Translations under genes and position numbers: made by a program
In this document: one piece after another, positions 12,857 through 27,484 of the stretch
Position numbering within the stretch: position 1 is the first letter of the stretch
Layout: each line of letters opens with the position of its first letter
NCBI GenBank assembly: GCA_964016885.1
Contig: OZ024741.1
Coordinates: 43,400,001-43,464,000, forward strand
Reading direction: 5' to 3'
DNA from: Eledone cirrhosa
Lineage: Eukaryota
Length of the DNA stretch: 64,000 nt
The notes under the pieces: generated by a model
Told to the model about the DNA's origin: nothing
Seen by the model: only the letters and a program-made list of their open reading frames with translations
Databases searched by the model: none

Positions 12857-15297
12857 ATTCGTTCATCATGTATATATATATATATATGTCTTTTGTTTAG
12901 GAGAGATTGTGGTTTTGTGTATGTATGCAGTTGGAATGGTGTAGAAGCTGTTTAACTGAACACGTATTCATAAGCATATATTCCTATATTCCCAAGTAAA
13001 CATATTTACCCGTATGCATACACTCCGGCCATATTTATATATGGAAGTAGTATAATTAACTGAAATACGTTTTATATTCCCCATGGGAATTCAGTAGTTA
13101 GTGGAATAATTCACTGAATAACCCTCTAATTTAATTGTTATTTAACTAGCATTTCCCCCCATAGACTAAAGCTAAAACAAGCTTTCTCAATCTAGGTTTA
13201 CATTGCTAGCCATCGCTATATCAAATTAGAACCTATATCACAAGTTCACTTGCAACAGATATGAATATCTCACCCGCCATTGTTTACAAACCTAATTCCT
13301 GGTTCCTCTCTATAATATGGTTACATGTTTATATGTCTTGATGTGTATTGTAAATATAGAATGTTATCTACCGATGACCTTCGTTTCATACAATGTATCT
13401 AGGCAATGGAGTCCTGATAGACCCTATCTTTCACTAAACATTATCAGAAACTGCAAGCAAAATTGGAAATTGAAGCAAAATAGAAACAACAAAAGAGAAA
13501 TTAGTATTGCGTGTCTCTTCAGAATCTTATCACAATTTTACTGCAATATGTGAAAGAAATCCTCTAATTAATTTAACAATTTAGATTCAAACTGCAGAGA
13601 AATTTACTAGCTTACTGACATTTAGTTAAACTTCCAATTTACTTTAGATAACTATTTTAGTTAGATAGCTAACATAATTAACTTTATTTCTTATTTTTCC
13701 TTACGTTGGTGATATTATTTTTATTTATTTTATTTTTCTTCAAATTAGATTGTGACTTTGTTTGTAGTACGCTTCTAAATTGCTAATGATGACATGAATA
13801 TCATCTAGGGTTAAGGAGATTTAATTTCTTTCGTAATAATTATCTCTTTTGCTTCTGTCTTTTCCTGACTGTTTCATGTGTTGGCTTTCTTTTATCGTAT
13901 CAAGGAAGAAGAAAAGGTAGCTGACAAAAATCTTTCCACATCTGACGATTATCAAAGAGAACAGACACTTGGAAGTTTTTCATTGATTGAACGACTAGCT
14001 TTTACTAGCTTCACCTTAGATTATGTTATCTCCACACCCAAAGTGAGATCATTGTTTTTTGAACCATGAATAATTAGGTCTCTCATAATTTCCAAATTTC
14101 TTCTTGAATGTTCAATATCATTCTCAATAGATCAATTATTAGAATTCCTCAATCAAAGATCATAAGTCAATCACTGTTTCTTCATCGAATCAATGCGTTT
14201 AACAGAATTTTCTTCGGCTTATTTTGAATAAGGGGAAATATGCGTTCCACTTGTATTATATTTTTATTTATATGTACTATTTTTTTCAAAAACCTCACAC
14301 ACTAAATTCAATAAAGATTGTTGAAGCCCTTTTAAAATTAACTTTGGTTATCAAATATGAGTTGACAGGCAATAAAACCTTCCAAATGAGTTCATGTTAC
14401 ATAGATGACTGATTGTAGTTTCGTCTTTTCATGTCAAAGAAGAAAACAGTTTCAGATTTCTCAATATTTTACTATGGATGGTAAGTATTACTTAATATCT
14501 GATACACTGATATGTGATCACTAATAGGCAACGGAGAAGTGGCCGTAGAAAAAAAAACATGGAACAAAAGTAAATGGGAAGGTGATCGTACACAGAACCA
14601 GAAGGATTCGTGAGATTTCGCTACCCGTTGTACAGTTTGCCCGCACAGAAGGAACAAAATACTAAGTAATAAATGTAAATGTATATATATATATATGAAT
14701 AAACATTTTCTGGTTCATTTTCATCGGCACAGGTTTGAACAATTTGGTATAGAGTCATATTAGGAACTAACATTAATAATTATATTAAAACTTTCCCTAC
14801 AGACTAGAGTTGCTCTATATCTTGGATATATTTACTTACCTATTACTACGTTTTATACATAAGTAGTTGGCTTCGAATTTCCGTGATTTGGGGAGTAAAT
14901 GGACGGAAGCTGCAGAAGCATTTCTATTTTTCGTTATTACAGTAACGTCATGCGCTACTTCTATTAACTAATTGTCTACATACCTGCACGATAACTCTCT
15001 CTACCTTTTACAAATGTCTGCCTATATTCCCATACACTCCAGCATTACTATTTGCGCAACGTAACTTGCCCTGTTGGCAATCAAAAGACAGTAACTTTCT
15101 CTCCCTATTTTCTATATTGTGTTGTCTGATATATATCTTATTACCAGCTTGCTCTCAGCCATCATGTAATCTGGGCTCAGTATTACGCAGTAACAAACTT
15201 ATACATGAAATTACAGTGTCCAGGTGAAAAAGAATATAGATAATTTTGTACATTTATTGCAAGCATTTTGTTTCTTTCGGCTGCAAATATATACATA

Positions 15298-15397
<100 letters not shown>

Positions 15398-15549
15398 TGT
15401 GTGCGTGGAATATTTGTGTTTATAATCTTTCAGTTAGATGTTTAAAACACAACAGGACTGATAGTTAAATTCCAGCCATGAACAAAAACGTAATTGGTTC
15501 GACATAAAATTAAAGCGCTGCTCCAGTATGGCCGTACAAAAAATATATA

Positions 15550-15690
15550 TGCTAGGCCAGCGGGAAGAAAGAAAATAAGAAAACTAAACAAGACTTGGAT
15601 CGATTATCTCAAAGGAGACGTAAAAGAGGTTGACATCGTATAGAAAGAGGCAGATGACAGAAAGTAGAACCGGGACGCTTGTTAACCCCT
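15550..15690 (+). mobile_element. Possible highly decayed RTE-clade 3' fragment
   Basis: Translation KLNKTWIDYLKGDVKEVDIV*KEADDRK resembles the RTE C-terminal KTW.D...D.....A.DR pattern. Confidence 0.35.
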
Positions 15691-16159
15691 TACTACGTGA
15701 TATATATGAGGATATTTGACAAGATATAAACATTACAAAAACGTGACTTCAGGCTATACAGCAACAACTACAACAAGCGCAACAATAAAAATTGTTTCTA
15801 ACATTGTCAGAAAGCATAAACAATCTAAACATTTCAGTCGAATCAGAACGATTACTGACCGCTACATTATTTTTCGATCCATTTAAGTATAAAACTCAAG
15901 GTAACGTTTCACCTGATCCACAACCATAGTGATGATTTCACTTTTTACGGTTAAAAGAGACGATTGCAATTGTAGGTTATACTCAATTGTATTGATCCTA
16001 ATATAATACTGAGATAAACATTGATATATTCCAATAGTATAAAATAGGATATTAAACCCAACCAGAAAATATACAGGTAAATATAAATATAAGCATATCA
16101 ATAAATGAAAAAAGATTGGCTAATTAAAAAATAGATGACGAGAAAAATATAGCTTTTTT

Positions 16160-16345
16160 ATGTCTGTTAATACACAAGACCAGTAATTTTGGGGAGGTGG
16201 AAGTCAATTAAATCGACCCAAGTGCGTGACTCGTACTATATTTTATGGACCTCGCATGATCAAAGACAAAGTTAAACTTGGCGGTCTTTGTAATCAGAAC
16301 GTAAAGGTCCATAACTATATGCCATAAAGCATGTTGTTTGATGTA
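16160..16345 (-). mobile_element. Diverged copy of the tRNA-derived SINE family
   Basis: cacaagaccagtaattttggggagg...tcgacccaagtg...caaagttaaacttggcgg...cagaacgtaaagg matches the copies at 22.3, 27.7 and 42.0 kb. Confidence 0.7.
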
Positions 16346-17199
16346 CTACCGGTACCATCAATTACCCCGGAATTTAATATTATTTCACATTCAACAAATA
16401 GGCAAAGAGAAACTCCTTTACACAGAAGAAATAGTAGCTCACGGAAAGGTTGTTTTACCAATTCACAAAACAGAATTTCTGTTAAATATTATTCTAAATT
16501 TATCGTATATTTATTGGTGTCAACATTTCCGTTGCAAAATTTGCGGCTTGGCTCCTAGTAACACAATTTAACTGCAACTCCGAAATAATACATCATCATT
16601 AGAAGACAGAAACCGTCATAAAACAACAAATATTTCAGCACTAGCAAAGTTACCAAGGGGAGTCTACGCCTACACCCGAACGCTAAAGAAAACAGAAAAA
16701 TCTAATGTTAAAACTCGATACCTCAACCCTGAAATTTCCAGTTCCCTAAATCTACCTTCATACCACACCATGATCATACCCATCCCCATTCTCACCAATA
16801 TTATCATTGCATCTAAAACTATTCACCTATTCTATTTTTTTCACACAATGTGATATTCTATCTTTCAATAAGAAATCTATGCTTGAGTATTTTTGGCTAA
16901 CAGGCAGTTTTTCATTTATTGGAAACGGTTCGCTTACTTCTGGAATATATTGAACACTGGTAGTAGCAACAGTAGTTAAAATAACACATGTATCAGCAAC
17001 AATAACAATAAAAATAATAAGAACGTTACTTAAGAATAACAAAATCAATAAAAAAATAAAGCAAGCATAAATCAAAAACAACTGCAAGCGATCAAATGAT
17101 CGTAAAACAAATACAACTACGGCAACAATATTAGCAATAATATCAAACATACAGTGAACATTGCATCAATAATTAAAGCAAACAACAGGAGAAACAAGA

Positions 17200-17475
17200 A
17201 GACTGCGTTGACGTCAACAAATATAGAATTATAGCAGGGAGAAAAACGAAAACATAATAAACAAACATAACAACAACAACAACAAATATAACAACAACAA
17301 CAATAAAAGCAATAAGTACAACAATAATAATATTAATGATAGCAAAGCAAAATGGAAAATTCGTATAAGCAAAGTTAGCAATGGCTGCTATAATAATATC
17401 AGGAACAACAGAAGCAACAATAACTTCACAGGGAGGGAAAAGAATATTAGCAACAACAACAACAACGATGACAAT

Positions 17476-17506
<31 letters not shown>

Positions 17507-17580
17507 GCAACAACAACCAAACTGATAACAACAATAAAAACGCGAGAGAAAAATCAACAACAACAGCATAATATTAGATG
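17200..17580. repeat. Degenerate (CAA)n/(TAA)n low-complexity tract
   Basis: Directly visible; it explains the poly-Val and poly-Thr ORFs. Confidence 0.85.
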
Positions 17581-17844
17581 AACAATGGAGCAGCAGAACG
17601 GCTGGTAATGTAAACTACCTCAATACGCTTCCAAATGGTAAAAGTAAATTCACACAAATGAAGAAACTAAATACTATATAAAAGACAATGACGTCTACCA
17701 GGATTTGTTGCTGCTTTGAAGAATATATTAATACCTATCTAACTCATAAAGATGAAAATAAAAATGAAATATATTGACACAACTGCAAATATTACACTAC
17801 AACAAATAGACTGAAATGGGTGTCTATCGGTACCGACGATAAGC

Positions 17845-18140
17845 GTTCCAATTGTTTGATCACTAGAACAATATGCTTGTGAATTAACGTACACGTCAGA
17901 GAGATTCCACAGACAGTAGTTTCCTTAAAGTAGTCCTTGGAACGATACATTGAAGCACCTCTGGAAATATTATACTACCTATACTAGAATGGAATGCCGT
18001 AGGATTCGTCAATGGCTTTTCAAATTGTTCGATCAACGGAACAGCCTGTTAGTAATATTAGCGTGTGTGAATCGTTGAGTATTTTCCGTGATATTCAGCG
18101 TAACTCAATGTGTGACAAAGCTGGTGCTTTGAATTACATG
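17845..18140 (+). repeat. Two diverged direct copies of a second SINE-like repeat core
   Basis: caattgtttgatcactagaacaatatgcttgtgaattaacgt (~17850) resembles caaattgttcgatcaacggaacagcctgttagtaatattagcgt (~18021). Confidence 0.45.
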
Positions 18141-18599
18141 TACATTCCATCCAACCGGCTTTTAATCAGCTTTCATGTATCCACTTTTACTTACAATTTT
18201 TCGCTCAATACGAGTCTGTGGTAAATGACATTGGAAGACGAAGTTACCACAGCATTCTGAATGATATGGCCATGTTAAGGAAATGGGTCTGTTTGTTGAT
18301 TAAGTTAACGGTCTCACTCTGATTGTGAATGTCATGGCATCTTGTGTTCTTAAGCATGACATTTTATTTCGCTATATGTTATTCCACTTGGCTGGAAATA
18401 CGTATCGGCAGCAGCTGGGGATTAAAGTTGTATAAGACTAGATCCGCATTTAGGGGAAATATGATACTCTCAGTTAGTGTAGATATATGAATCGTGTCTT
18501 TTGATTTTCAGTTATATCTGTATCTCAAAATTTCAAATATTACCCAAGGATTAGATAATTATCTCATGGAAAACGTTTACGCTGAGTTATGTCATAACG

Positions 18600-19310
18600 A
18601 TTTGAAGTAGAAATAATTTTATCCGAAAATAAAATGAAAAAGAAAAACAGAATAACAAAACAACAAACTTATTTAGCATCAAGGATTTCAGATTCCAAAT
18701 GGATACTGAAATATTCCGATATTTTTCCTAAAGTAAATGTCTTAAATAACTCACTACAAGATCGTGATCAAGCAATCTTTGACTGAATGGGGAAAATAAC
18801 TGCATTTAAATCAAGTCTCAAAATATGGAAGAATAAAAGTGGATCAAAGAAAACTGCTTCATTTCCTGCATTCAAACATCTGAAAGAGGATTTACTGTTA
18901 TAATTTTCATTTTGTGTAAAATATTATCGAGAATCATCTAGAAACATTGATTATACAATTAATTCACTCCATTCCGACAAAAATGTTGAGAATAAAATTG
19001 TATGCGAATTGTATTTGAATGCGGATTTTATCAAAATTAATGCATTTCTGGAGCATTTTATTGATGCTCAAAATGATGTGACACTTAATTTTCAATAAAA
19101 ATGTCAAATATATCAGAAATGTTTCCCTCGACTTAGAAAGGAAAGCAATCATTAGTTGGAAATGAAGTAATGTATTTTTTCATCTATTTGCTTCATAACT
19201 GTGTAAATCAGGGTTTGCATTAAAAGAAATATAAAAGCTAATCTAAAAAGTGATTGCAAACGGATATGGCTTATTGACAATGAAACCTAAACTAGAGGCA
19301 CTTTCTAAGA
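18600..19310 (+). mobile_element. Decayed hAT (Charlie/Buster-like) transposase remnant
   Basis: The frame from 18661 reads YLASRISDSKWILKYSDIFPKVNVLNNSLQDRDQAIFD*MGKITAFKSSLKIWKNK...SFPAF, matching the DIF..LN.LN.SLQ...KI.AF...L.LW..FP pattern. A degenerate LC.SGF dimerisation motif lies near 19200. Confidence 0.7.
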
Positions 19311-19789
19311 TCAAGATTCATGTAAAATTGTGTAAAAGTGCATATTATGTTGGGTACGCAAAGGATTTTGAAATATTATTGTACAACTTAGTAGAGAGTT
19401 TTAGTAAAAGAATATTGTAACATTGAAGGAGGACTCTTTGCAATAGTGAACGCAATCTTATCGCAATTTTATTGCAACAAAGGATGTTATTAAAGGGTTT
19501 ATAATAGGCCATATTACAGTTATGTATAAGATACGTAAATTATTTTTACCAAGATTATCAATATGCATTTTCATAAATTAACGAGTACCATAAAGTAAAT
19601 TTAGAAAATCCCTATAATTGCAAAATGAATCGGTTATATCCAGTAGCACATTTAGGTTAACTAGCAATTAGCAAAATAATGGGGAAATTGGAGCGGACCC
19701 ATTTGCACCCTTTCATTATGTATGTCTGATTTCAATCTAAGGTAGCTCGTCCTGAGTTAAATAAGAGGAAGTGAAGTAGTAAGAAGAGC

Positions 19790-20950
19790 GAGACATAGCT
19801 CGGGACCAGAATCAAACTTTGTGCCCTATAATGTCAACAAGATCTGCTCTACGCTAATCCATCACATTTGGAGTTCTCTAGATATATTTGGGGGAGAGAG
19901 GTGGTCTAGTCGTGGAGATTTGTTGAAGGTGAATGCAACCACAAACAAGAAAAATCATAGATCAACCATTTCCACCTAATCACTTTGATCAGCTTGGAAA
20001 GTAATATCTTCTTCAGCATGGTGTCAAAGAGACTCTCCAACATACTTTTGAGCTACAACTATATCGGAACTGATACGGAAAGGAGGCCCCCGGGGGGTTC
20101 ATAAATGTCTTGAACACGAAGCCGTAGTGATCTAGCTAATAAGAGAGACGGAGAAAGGCAAAATAACCTGATGGTGCTGTGGTGGGATATGTACGACGCT
20201 TACGACTCAATACCTCACAAATTGTACTACAGAATATAAAAGATCTCATTTCAGAATACGACGTCGTTCCATTTGAGAGTTTCTTCTTGTCAGTTTACAT
20301 CTGATTGTCACCAACTGTAGGTGGGGAAAATCAATGGGTGCACCCTCTCAGTGGCCCTTTTCGCACTGGCAAATCAGGTGCAAAGCAACCCCGAAAACCT
20401 TTATTACGCACCTGTTGTGGCAGAGATTCTATCTACATTCATTCTTCACATTTTTGTTAACTGTCTGTGTTAGGGGAAAATCTACGTATGAATGATATAA
20501 ACAACAGAAGAAACGAGAAAAGAAAAGAATGGTTTGGAGAAATCTGGGAAGGGCACATCCTATTCCCTTGGGTGGACAACATCACTCAGCTGTGCCCAGC
20601 AGACCAGATGACAAAGGCGTTGTCGTTGAACATAGACACCATGGACTACAGCGAAATTCTTCGTTGCATTGGGAGATACATTGCATCCGTAGGAATTGAA
20701 CCCCAATCAGGAGCCACATCATATTCTGGGGCAGTCAGGGAAATTAATGTTCGAGCGCTTTTCCTTGATCTTCTTGCCTGGCTTATTTCAGACAATCAAT
20801 CGCAATATGAAGTCTGCAGGATTAACAGCATCACTACCGTTTCAGGCAAAAAACCTTTGTGATATTTGTCAAGGTTCTTCATTTTCGCAGACCATAACAT
20901 CTGATTGAGACGTATTGGGCCATCCCTCTCCAGATCTAAATACAGCCGAT
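19790..20950 (+). mobile_element. Decayed HERO/NeSL-group RLE non-LTR retrotransposon remnant
   Basis: Manual translation gives WRFVEG...ITLISLESNIFFSMVSKRL...NYI, KCLEHEAVV..LIRE, LMVLWWDMYDAYDSIPHKL and NGCTLSVALFALA. These follow the HERO RT pattern (GCLEH, WLDLANAYGSIPHKL, GCTISV.LF.LA). Confidence 0.65.
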
Positions 20951-21919
20951 TGCTTATGGGTAAGCAAAGGCAGACAGTGAACTCAAAAGTGGAATTGAGA
21001 AAGAAGCATAGGGAAGACTCAATCCTAGTATTTAATATGTAAAATATTTATCGAAACATGAAATACAAAGTTCACAGTGTGATTTAAATTCAGAGCACAG
21101 TGGGCCGGAACGAATATTTAGAAGCTTTTTATTCGACATTATAACGATTCTGCTATCTTGGCAGTTATCACAGTTCATTCCATTCTGAGTTGAAATGTCA
21201 TCAAGTTCAATGTCTTCTTTCATAATTCCGGAGTCGATAAAATAATGTAACAGTGATCCATCTAACGCTCAATAACTATCCAATGATTAAATACATAAAG
21301 AAAGTTGTGTTCCTACATTCTTATAATTAAGAATGTTATCGCTGCTTCTAATACTGTTCATTTATTACTTTAGTTCTTACAGGTTTATTGCTGTTGTGGC
21401 ATGATGGGGATAGTGGGAACATTCTTACATTGCTTTATTTTTGTTTGGATAAGCCTTATTAACAACTATTTATCTTGCTACTATGGAATAAGCTGTTATT
21501 GTGAACGTTCTTATAAATTTGCGAATGACCCTAAGACCTTTCAATTTCTTTCATTTTCCTGAATATGCCTATTTACGCCTGAAAGAATCATAGTTAATAT
21601 AAGCCTGTCTACATCTTATCATGCTATCGTCAACTAGAACAGCAACCGTCAACTTTGATTCATCGATTTTACGGTAGTGCTATTTAATTGCTGACTAGCC
21701 AGGCAACACAATTTAGATACTGCATTCAGATCCCCTCGGGGAAACATATAATAATCAATTAATATTTCGTTTTCTCGATACTTCTGACACTCCAGATTTC
21801 AAATAAAACTGTATATATAACCCATTCCAATTATGTAGCTCACAACCATGAAACCTCATAACACATGATACGAAACAATAACTACCATAATAGAAGAACA
21901 AAGAATAAACAAATTACTT

Positions 21920-22110
21920 CTATCTGGCAGAATCGTTGAAATAGTGGTGTTTATTCCGGTTCTTTCTGAGTTCTAGCCGAGATAAACTTTGCTATGCCTG
22001 CCACCCATATGGTGATGATTAAATAAATTATCAGTGAAGTATTGCAGTCTATTTAAGCAAGTTTATCTTCGCACCAAATTGTAGGCCATGTGTCTAGATT
22101 AGAAACCATC
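21920..22110 (+). mobile_element. Diverged SINE copy (plus strand)
   Basis: ctggcagaatcgttg...ctgagttc...gccgagataaactttgc...ggccatgtgtctagattagaaaccatcatt. Confidence 0.6.
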
Positions 22111-22147
22111 ATTAACGTTTACTATCCTAAACCTAGTAATATAATAA

Positions 22148-22672
22148 TAATTGTTTCTACTTTTGGCACAAGGCCAGCAATTAATCCAGTGTATTACTGG
22201 TACTTTATTTTATCTATCCCTTAAGGATGAAAGTCAAAGATAATCTCGGCAGGATTTGAACTCAGAAATAATAATGGCTGCTGATTTAGGCACAAGGCTA
22301 ATAATTTTAGGGGAGGGGTAATTCGATTAAATCGACTCCAGTACATTACTGATACTTTATTTTATCGAGCCCGTAATGATGAAAGGCATTTGAACTCAGG
22401 CCGTAAAGGGCCACGACTCTATACTACAAAGCATAGTCTCCGACGATCTACTGATTTGGTCAATCCACTACGCTTTTGTAATAAAATAATAATTGTTTCT
22501 ACTTTTGGCATAAGGCCAGCGATTATCCAGTACATTACTGGTACTTTATTTTATCGACCCCGTCAGGATGAAAGGCAAAGTTAACCTCGGCGGGATTTGA
22601 ACTCAGAATGTCAAAGGCCGTAACTCTATGCGTCAAAGCATGGTGCCCGACCCTCTACCGATACTGCCAATC
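22148..22672 (-). mobile_element. Head-to-tail cluster of three tRNA-derived SINE copies
   Basis: The core ggtactttattttatcgacccc..aggatgaaaggcaaagttaacctcggcgggatttgaactcagaa recurs three times. Copies begin near 22148, 22280 and 22490, and aataataattgtttctac precedes the first and third. Confidence 0.85.
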
Positions 22673-22849
22673 TCAATGATAGACCTTTCCTTAATAAGAC
22701 GAAGACGACACTGATACTCATAATTATCTAATGGTACAATGCAAAAGTCGGCCTTCAATGACTGATAAAATCGGGCTTACAGAAAATAACGCTATCAAAA
22801 AATAAGATATAAACAATAAAATAGCCTCATAAACATCCTAGGATAAAAC

Positions 22850-23275
22850 AAACGACCTCAGATAAGACGAATACTCTAACCACCGGAGGTTTATGCGCCC
22901 CCGTCTCCTGACGCCTTCAGAAATTTGACCGTCCTGCCTCTGTCGGGGAATAGATGACCATTGTCCATGCTTTTCATTGCTCGCCACATACATAACTACC
23001 AATTTACCTTCTGCGTCCAGGACGATGGTCAGTTTCATGAGATTCAATCCTTTCTGAAAAAAAGAAAAACATTGATTTTGTCTTTCTACCCAAGAAAACT
23101 TGCAGATGGGTACAACTGGTAGCCAGCGAAAATATGTGGGAAGCATCGTGCCTCTCAAAAACTGTGGTCAGTGTTACTGCAACTATATGTAGTGATCTTA
23201 AGTTATTGAGCAGGTGGGCCTGCTTTCAATAAGACTGAATGTAGAGGCCTATTCCGAGTAAGGACATGTTTGATG
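22850..23275 (-). mobile_element. Decayed fragment of a Tx1-type ORF2 N-terminus (APE)
   Basis: KQAHLLNNLRSL and VLDAEGKLVV match KQGHLLNDL and FLDPEGKLVV in the array ORF2. Confidence 0.65.
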
Positions 23276-23559
23276 AAGAGGAACAATTATGCAAGATCAC
23301 ATACTTCATTCGAATGGAGGAAGGCGGACTGGTCCACTATCTGTCTCGTTGTAGGTTGAATCTGTATGAATAGTTTTTGTGATGTACCCTCATAAATCTC
23401 GACTCCATTGGGTATTTCGTTATTTATAATTTTGTGTAAGAATCTTGTGCAATTCGTATTATTTTTATGTGTGTAGCGAATGCGATTTTTTAATATACAT
23501 GGTCATTATGTGTTGTACTGAAAGTGACACAGTAGGTTTTTGTTGTTTATGTTTATGAT

Positions 23560-23935
23560 GCTTCTCTAGGGCGGGTAAAATGCCCGAGATCCATGGATGA
23601 GTTCTCTCCAGCGGTCTCTGTCCCTCATTATCGCTGCCATGTCCTTCGTCTCCAACAGACCAGTGTCTGTCATTAGGACTTCAAAATATGTTAACCTCGG
23701 TCTTCCTCTTCCAGTGTGTCCATGCAGGGGCTCCCACAGGGGCACTGAGTGCAGTGTCAACTATGGATGTCGGTGAGCATGTCCAGCTAACCTCAGTCTC
23801 CTCTGTGCCACTCTCGAGCTGACTTTTGGAAGGCTTCCGTACACTCTGAGTTCTTCATCTTCAGTGTATACTGATTAATGGTCAGAGCCGTTCTCAGCAT
23901 TATCATGTAGTACCCATCCACCATCTGAGTGAGAT
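23560..23935 (-). mobile_element. RTE-clade LINE 3' fragment
   Basis: LWEPLHGHTGRGRPRLTYFEVLMTDTGL...MRDRDRWRE, preceded by VAQRRLRLAGHAHRH. Confidence 0.8.
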
Positions 23936-26393
23936 TCTTGGTATGTTTAATTTTAGACGTTTGTCTCTCTTTAGGGGTTTTTATTTTTTATTTTAAATTA
24001 TGGATCTAGCTTCCCATAATAGGTTTTCGGCAGCTCCGGCAAAAGTCTTGTTGACTAGCTGAGTTATTGGCTGGCTTACTCTGTGGCTGGTTAGCTAAAC
24101 AGTTTGGCAATTTGGCTTACTTTCTGGCCTGCTGTCTGACTGATTGTTAGATTGGCTTGCGATGTTATGGTGGCTGGCTGTGTGGTAAGTAGCACGTGCA
24201 TCTTCCTCTCAGAAAGTAAACGTGATGGAAAAGATTTAAGCATAATTTTGGAGTGAGGGTAAAGTCGATTATATCAACCCCAGTGTGTTACTGGTATTTA
24301 ATAATTGTTTCTACTTTTGGCACAAGGCCAAACTGGTATTTAATAATAATAATAACAACAACAACAACAACAATAATAATTATGAAACAATAACGAATAC
24401 TGATACGGTAATGCAATTAGTGCAGCGAAAATCGGGAAACCAATAATGACAACAACCTTTCCAATAAAAATAAACAATATTATTATTGTTATTATTATTA
24501 CTATTGTAGAAGGAAGTATTATTTATAATGAGTAGTAATTGGCTGATCAGGATTTGTTGTTGTTGCTGTTATTGTTGGCATACATATATCTTATATTATT
24601 TTTTGTTTTATTTCGATATTTCAGCATCAGGCCTCTATCGAGAATTGATTTGCTCTTATCTGATGGTGCCAATGTTTTTGTCAAACCTATTTTCTGATGT
24701 GAGACAGTGTCTTTAGTAGCGCCTGTTGCTATAAGAAAAAAATACTAATAACCCATCAAGGCAGGCTTATGTAGATATCAAATCAAATAACACTGTCGGC
24801 TAGTGTAAAATTCAGGATTACGATGTTTTGAGTGTGTGTGTTTGTATCTTTCTCTCAACCTGTGTATGTATGTCTCTGTTTGTTATATACGTGTCGTCTA
24901 ATTATAATTATAATTCATATATGAATTATGAATGGTGGTATGTCATTTGCATTCAAGGCTATATTACAGTATAAATGATGTTTTTATGATATTTCTGGTC
25001 GTTATTATGGTCGTATGGCGTGTCAGATATGGCTCCGTATGAATTGTGTGTGATGTTGTTTAACTGTTTCGGTTACTTGATTTGTAAGATATGTTGTTGA
25101 ATGTGTGTATGTGTTGCTTCTATTTTCAACAGGATTGTCAGTGATGTGAGGTTACCGTAAGTCTGTGTTTGTTATGTATGTGTGGCATATAATTTATTGT
25201 TTAATACTTGAACATACACTTATCACCATGAAGTCCTTATATTTTATTGTAGCTATTCAGGTTTCAGAGTCTACTGTATAGTATATTCTATAAGCTATAA
25301 AGTATTTCCAATACTACTCTACACTCTATAAGTTTTATATTGTATGAAACATATCGAATTCAACCAAAGTATAAACATTCTGTACCGTGTGAACATCCAA
25401 GAAAACTTCTCTGAAAGGCATGTCTTAATTTTTTTTGTTAATATCTTTCTAATGAAAAACAAGGGTTATGATTTTCAAATAATTTTGAAAACATTCGACA
25501 ATTTGGAGACAGGATTGTCTGGAAATATAACAACATTTGTCATTATTCAGATAGTGTTTGGAGAATTGCTAAACAAGGGCTCTTGCATAAAATTATATGG
25601 AACATTTTTAGATTAATATAAACAATATAACCCTTTCATTTCATATGTCTAACGAAAAACGCTACCTACGATTTTCAATAAATTTTGAAAATACTCAACA
25701 CTTTGGAGAGATTTAAGAAAATACCCAGCTTTATATTTATTAAACTGATATTTCTAATAAACTTTACCAACATTTCTAACATAAATGTATGATGTAAGAT
25801 TATTAGAAAAATATAAACAATTTAAATCGAAATATTTAGATTATCGTTGAACTTAGAGCACTTTCAGTTGGTTTGGTTTCAAAAGGGTTCAAAATGGAAC
25901 ATGACTTTATAATTCTGGAACAGAACACCTTCAGGCTAAATAATAAAAAGGCTGGATGATAATAACTGGAACATATTTCATCATATGTTTGTTTGGTTTG
26001 TTATTTACCGCATAAGAATAAGCAACTAATACGAAAACGTGACTTGCTGTTTTATTGAACAATAAGCTGAACATATCGTTTTGAGACAATACAAATGTAC
26101 AAACTTTACTAAGCTATCATCTTCATTGAATTATTAAGACTTTCTCTTCACAAGGATATCACGTCTGTAAAGTTTGTGTTATGTTCCATTTATTTGATAT
26201 ATCGTTTGTTGTGTTTACGTTTGATAACTGCTGATTGTGTTCCTTTGATGCTTAAGTGTTTATATTTATCTAAAACTCGAATCCATTACATGTATAGAAA
26301 CACTCCATCAGTAAATGGTCGTTACTGTTAGTGCCCCTAACAGTCTACAACTCAAAGTTAATTGCACTTCTATCCATTTCTCTATATTAATAT

Positions 26394-26397
<4 letters not shown>

Positions 26398-26488
<91 letters not shown>
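26398..26488. repeat. (GA)n microsatellite
   Basis: Directly visible. Confidence 0.95.
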
Positions 26489-26491
<3 letters not shown>

Positions 26492-27484
26492 TGGATAGAT
26501 ACTGTGATAGATTCCTGGATATAGATATAGATATAAATATTAGAGTAATCATAGTGAGAAATTTCCATGCAGTGCCTTTCGATAGATTAACCCGAAATTT
26601 ACACTAAAACTAAATAGAATTCACGTATTGAAAATTATTAACCCATCAAGATATCTATTTTAAAAAATCACTAAAATACGATGAAACGTTACGGTTATGT
26701 TAATAAAATATTCAAACTGATCAAAGCGTTTGTGAAGTAGACTGCATCAAAGCCATATAGACACAAATAGATAAAATCATAATATTTTGGTTATAACGAA
26801 CTGACTTACCATAGGATATTCAACATCAAATATTTTTGACAGCAAGACTAAATAAATGTTTCCTGATGACATATATTGAAACGCAAAAATATAAAATATT
26901 ATGTATAAATTTCTTTGTTATATAGCAATTTAAGTGGGATGTTAATATTGCTGTATATTTTGAAAATATGAGATGTTCCCTATTTCTGCATACTGCCCAC
27001 ACTCATGCACACAACTACAAACACACACATTATATATATATTATTATACATACATTATTAACAATACATCTATCTAGTCTCGGTTACCCATTCTGTATAG
27101 ATACAGATATAACTTTATCGTGTACTTCGGCTGCTTGATGCACTTATTAATATATGTATACATATAAAGAGAGAGAGGGCGGAGCGAGAGATAGATGGAT
27201 AGATAAAATGTAGATAAATATATATATATAGAGAGAGAGATCCCTTAATCATATAAATCAAAAAGCCCCAAATTTTTGAATAGCAGTAAATATCCAGGAA
27301 ATTCAGTACAATTGTTTTTTATATAGAGTAAATTCCATCGTAAGGAATGTTTCAATCCTGGATGAGAGATGTCGGTTTCATGCAGTGAAACAACTGCCTT
27401 AGATAAACTAATGTCTTTAGACATTACAAAGCGTAGACTATTCCGCCAGATGCTTATGTTGTCTATTGCTTTGTTACAATTGAA

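Noticed and set aside
13870-14220. Minus-strand coding-like stretch containing SSDVERFLS (hAT dimerisation-like) or a possible host exon
   Set aside because: It has several stops and only one short motif, so I cannot assign it without a database search.
26855-26890. ctgatgacatatattgaaacgc, a minimal hammerhead-like string
   Set aside because: Stem II is too short, and there is no stem III or NUH cleavage triplet.
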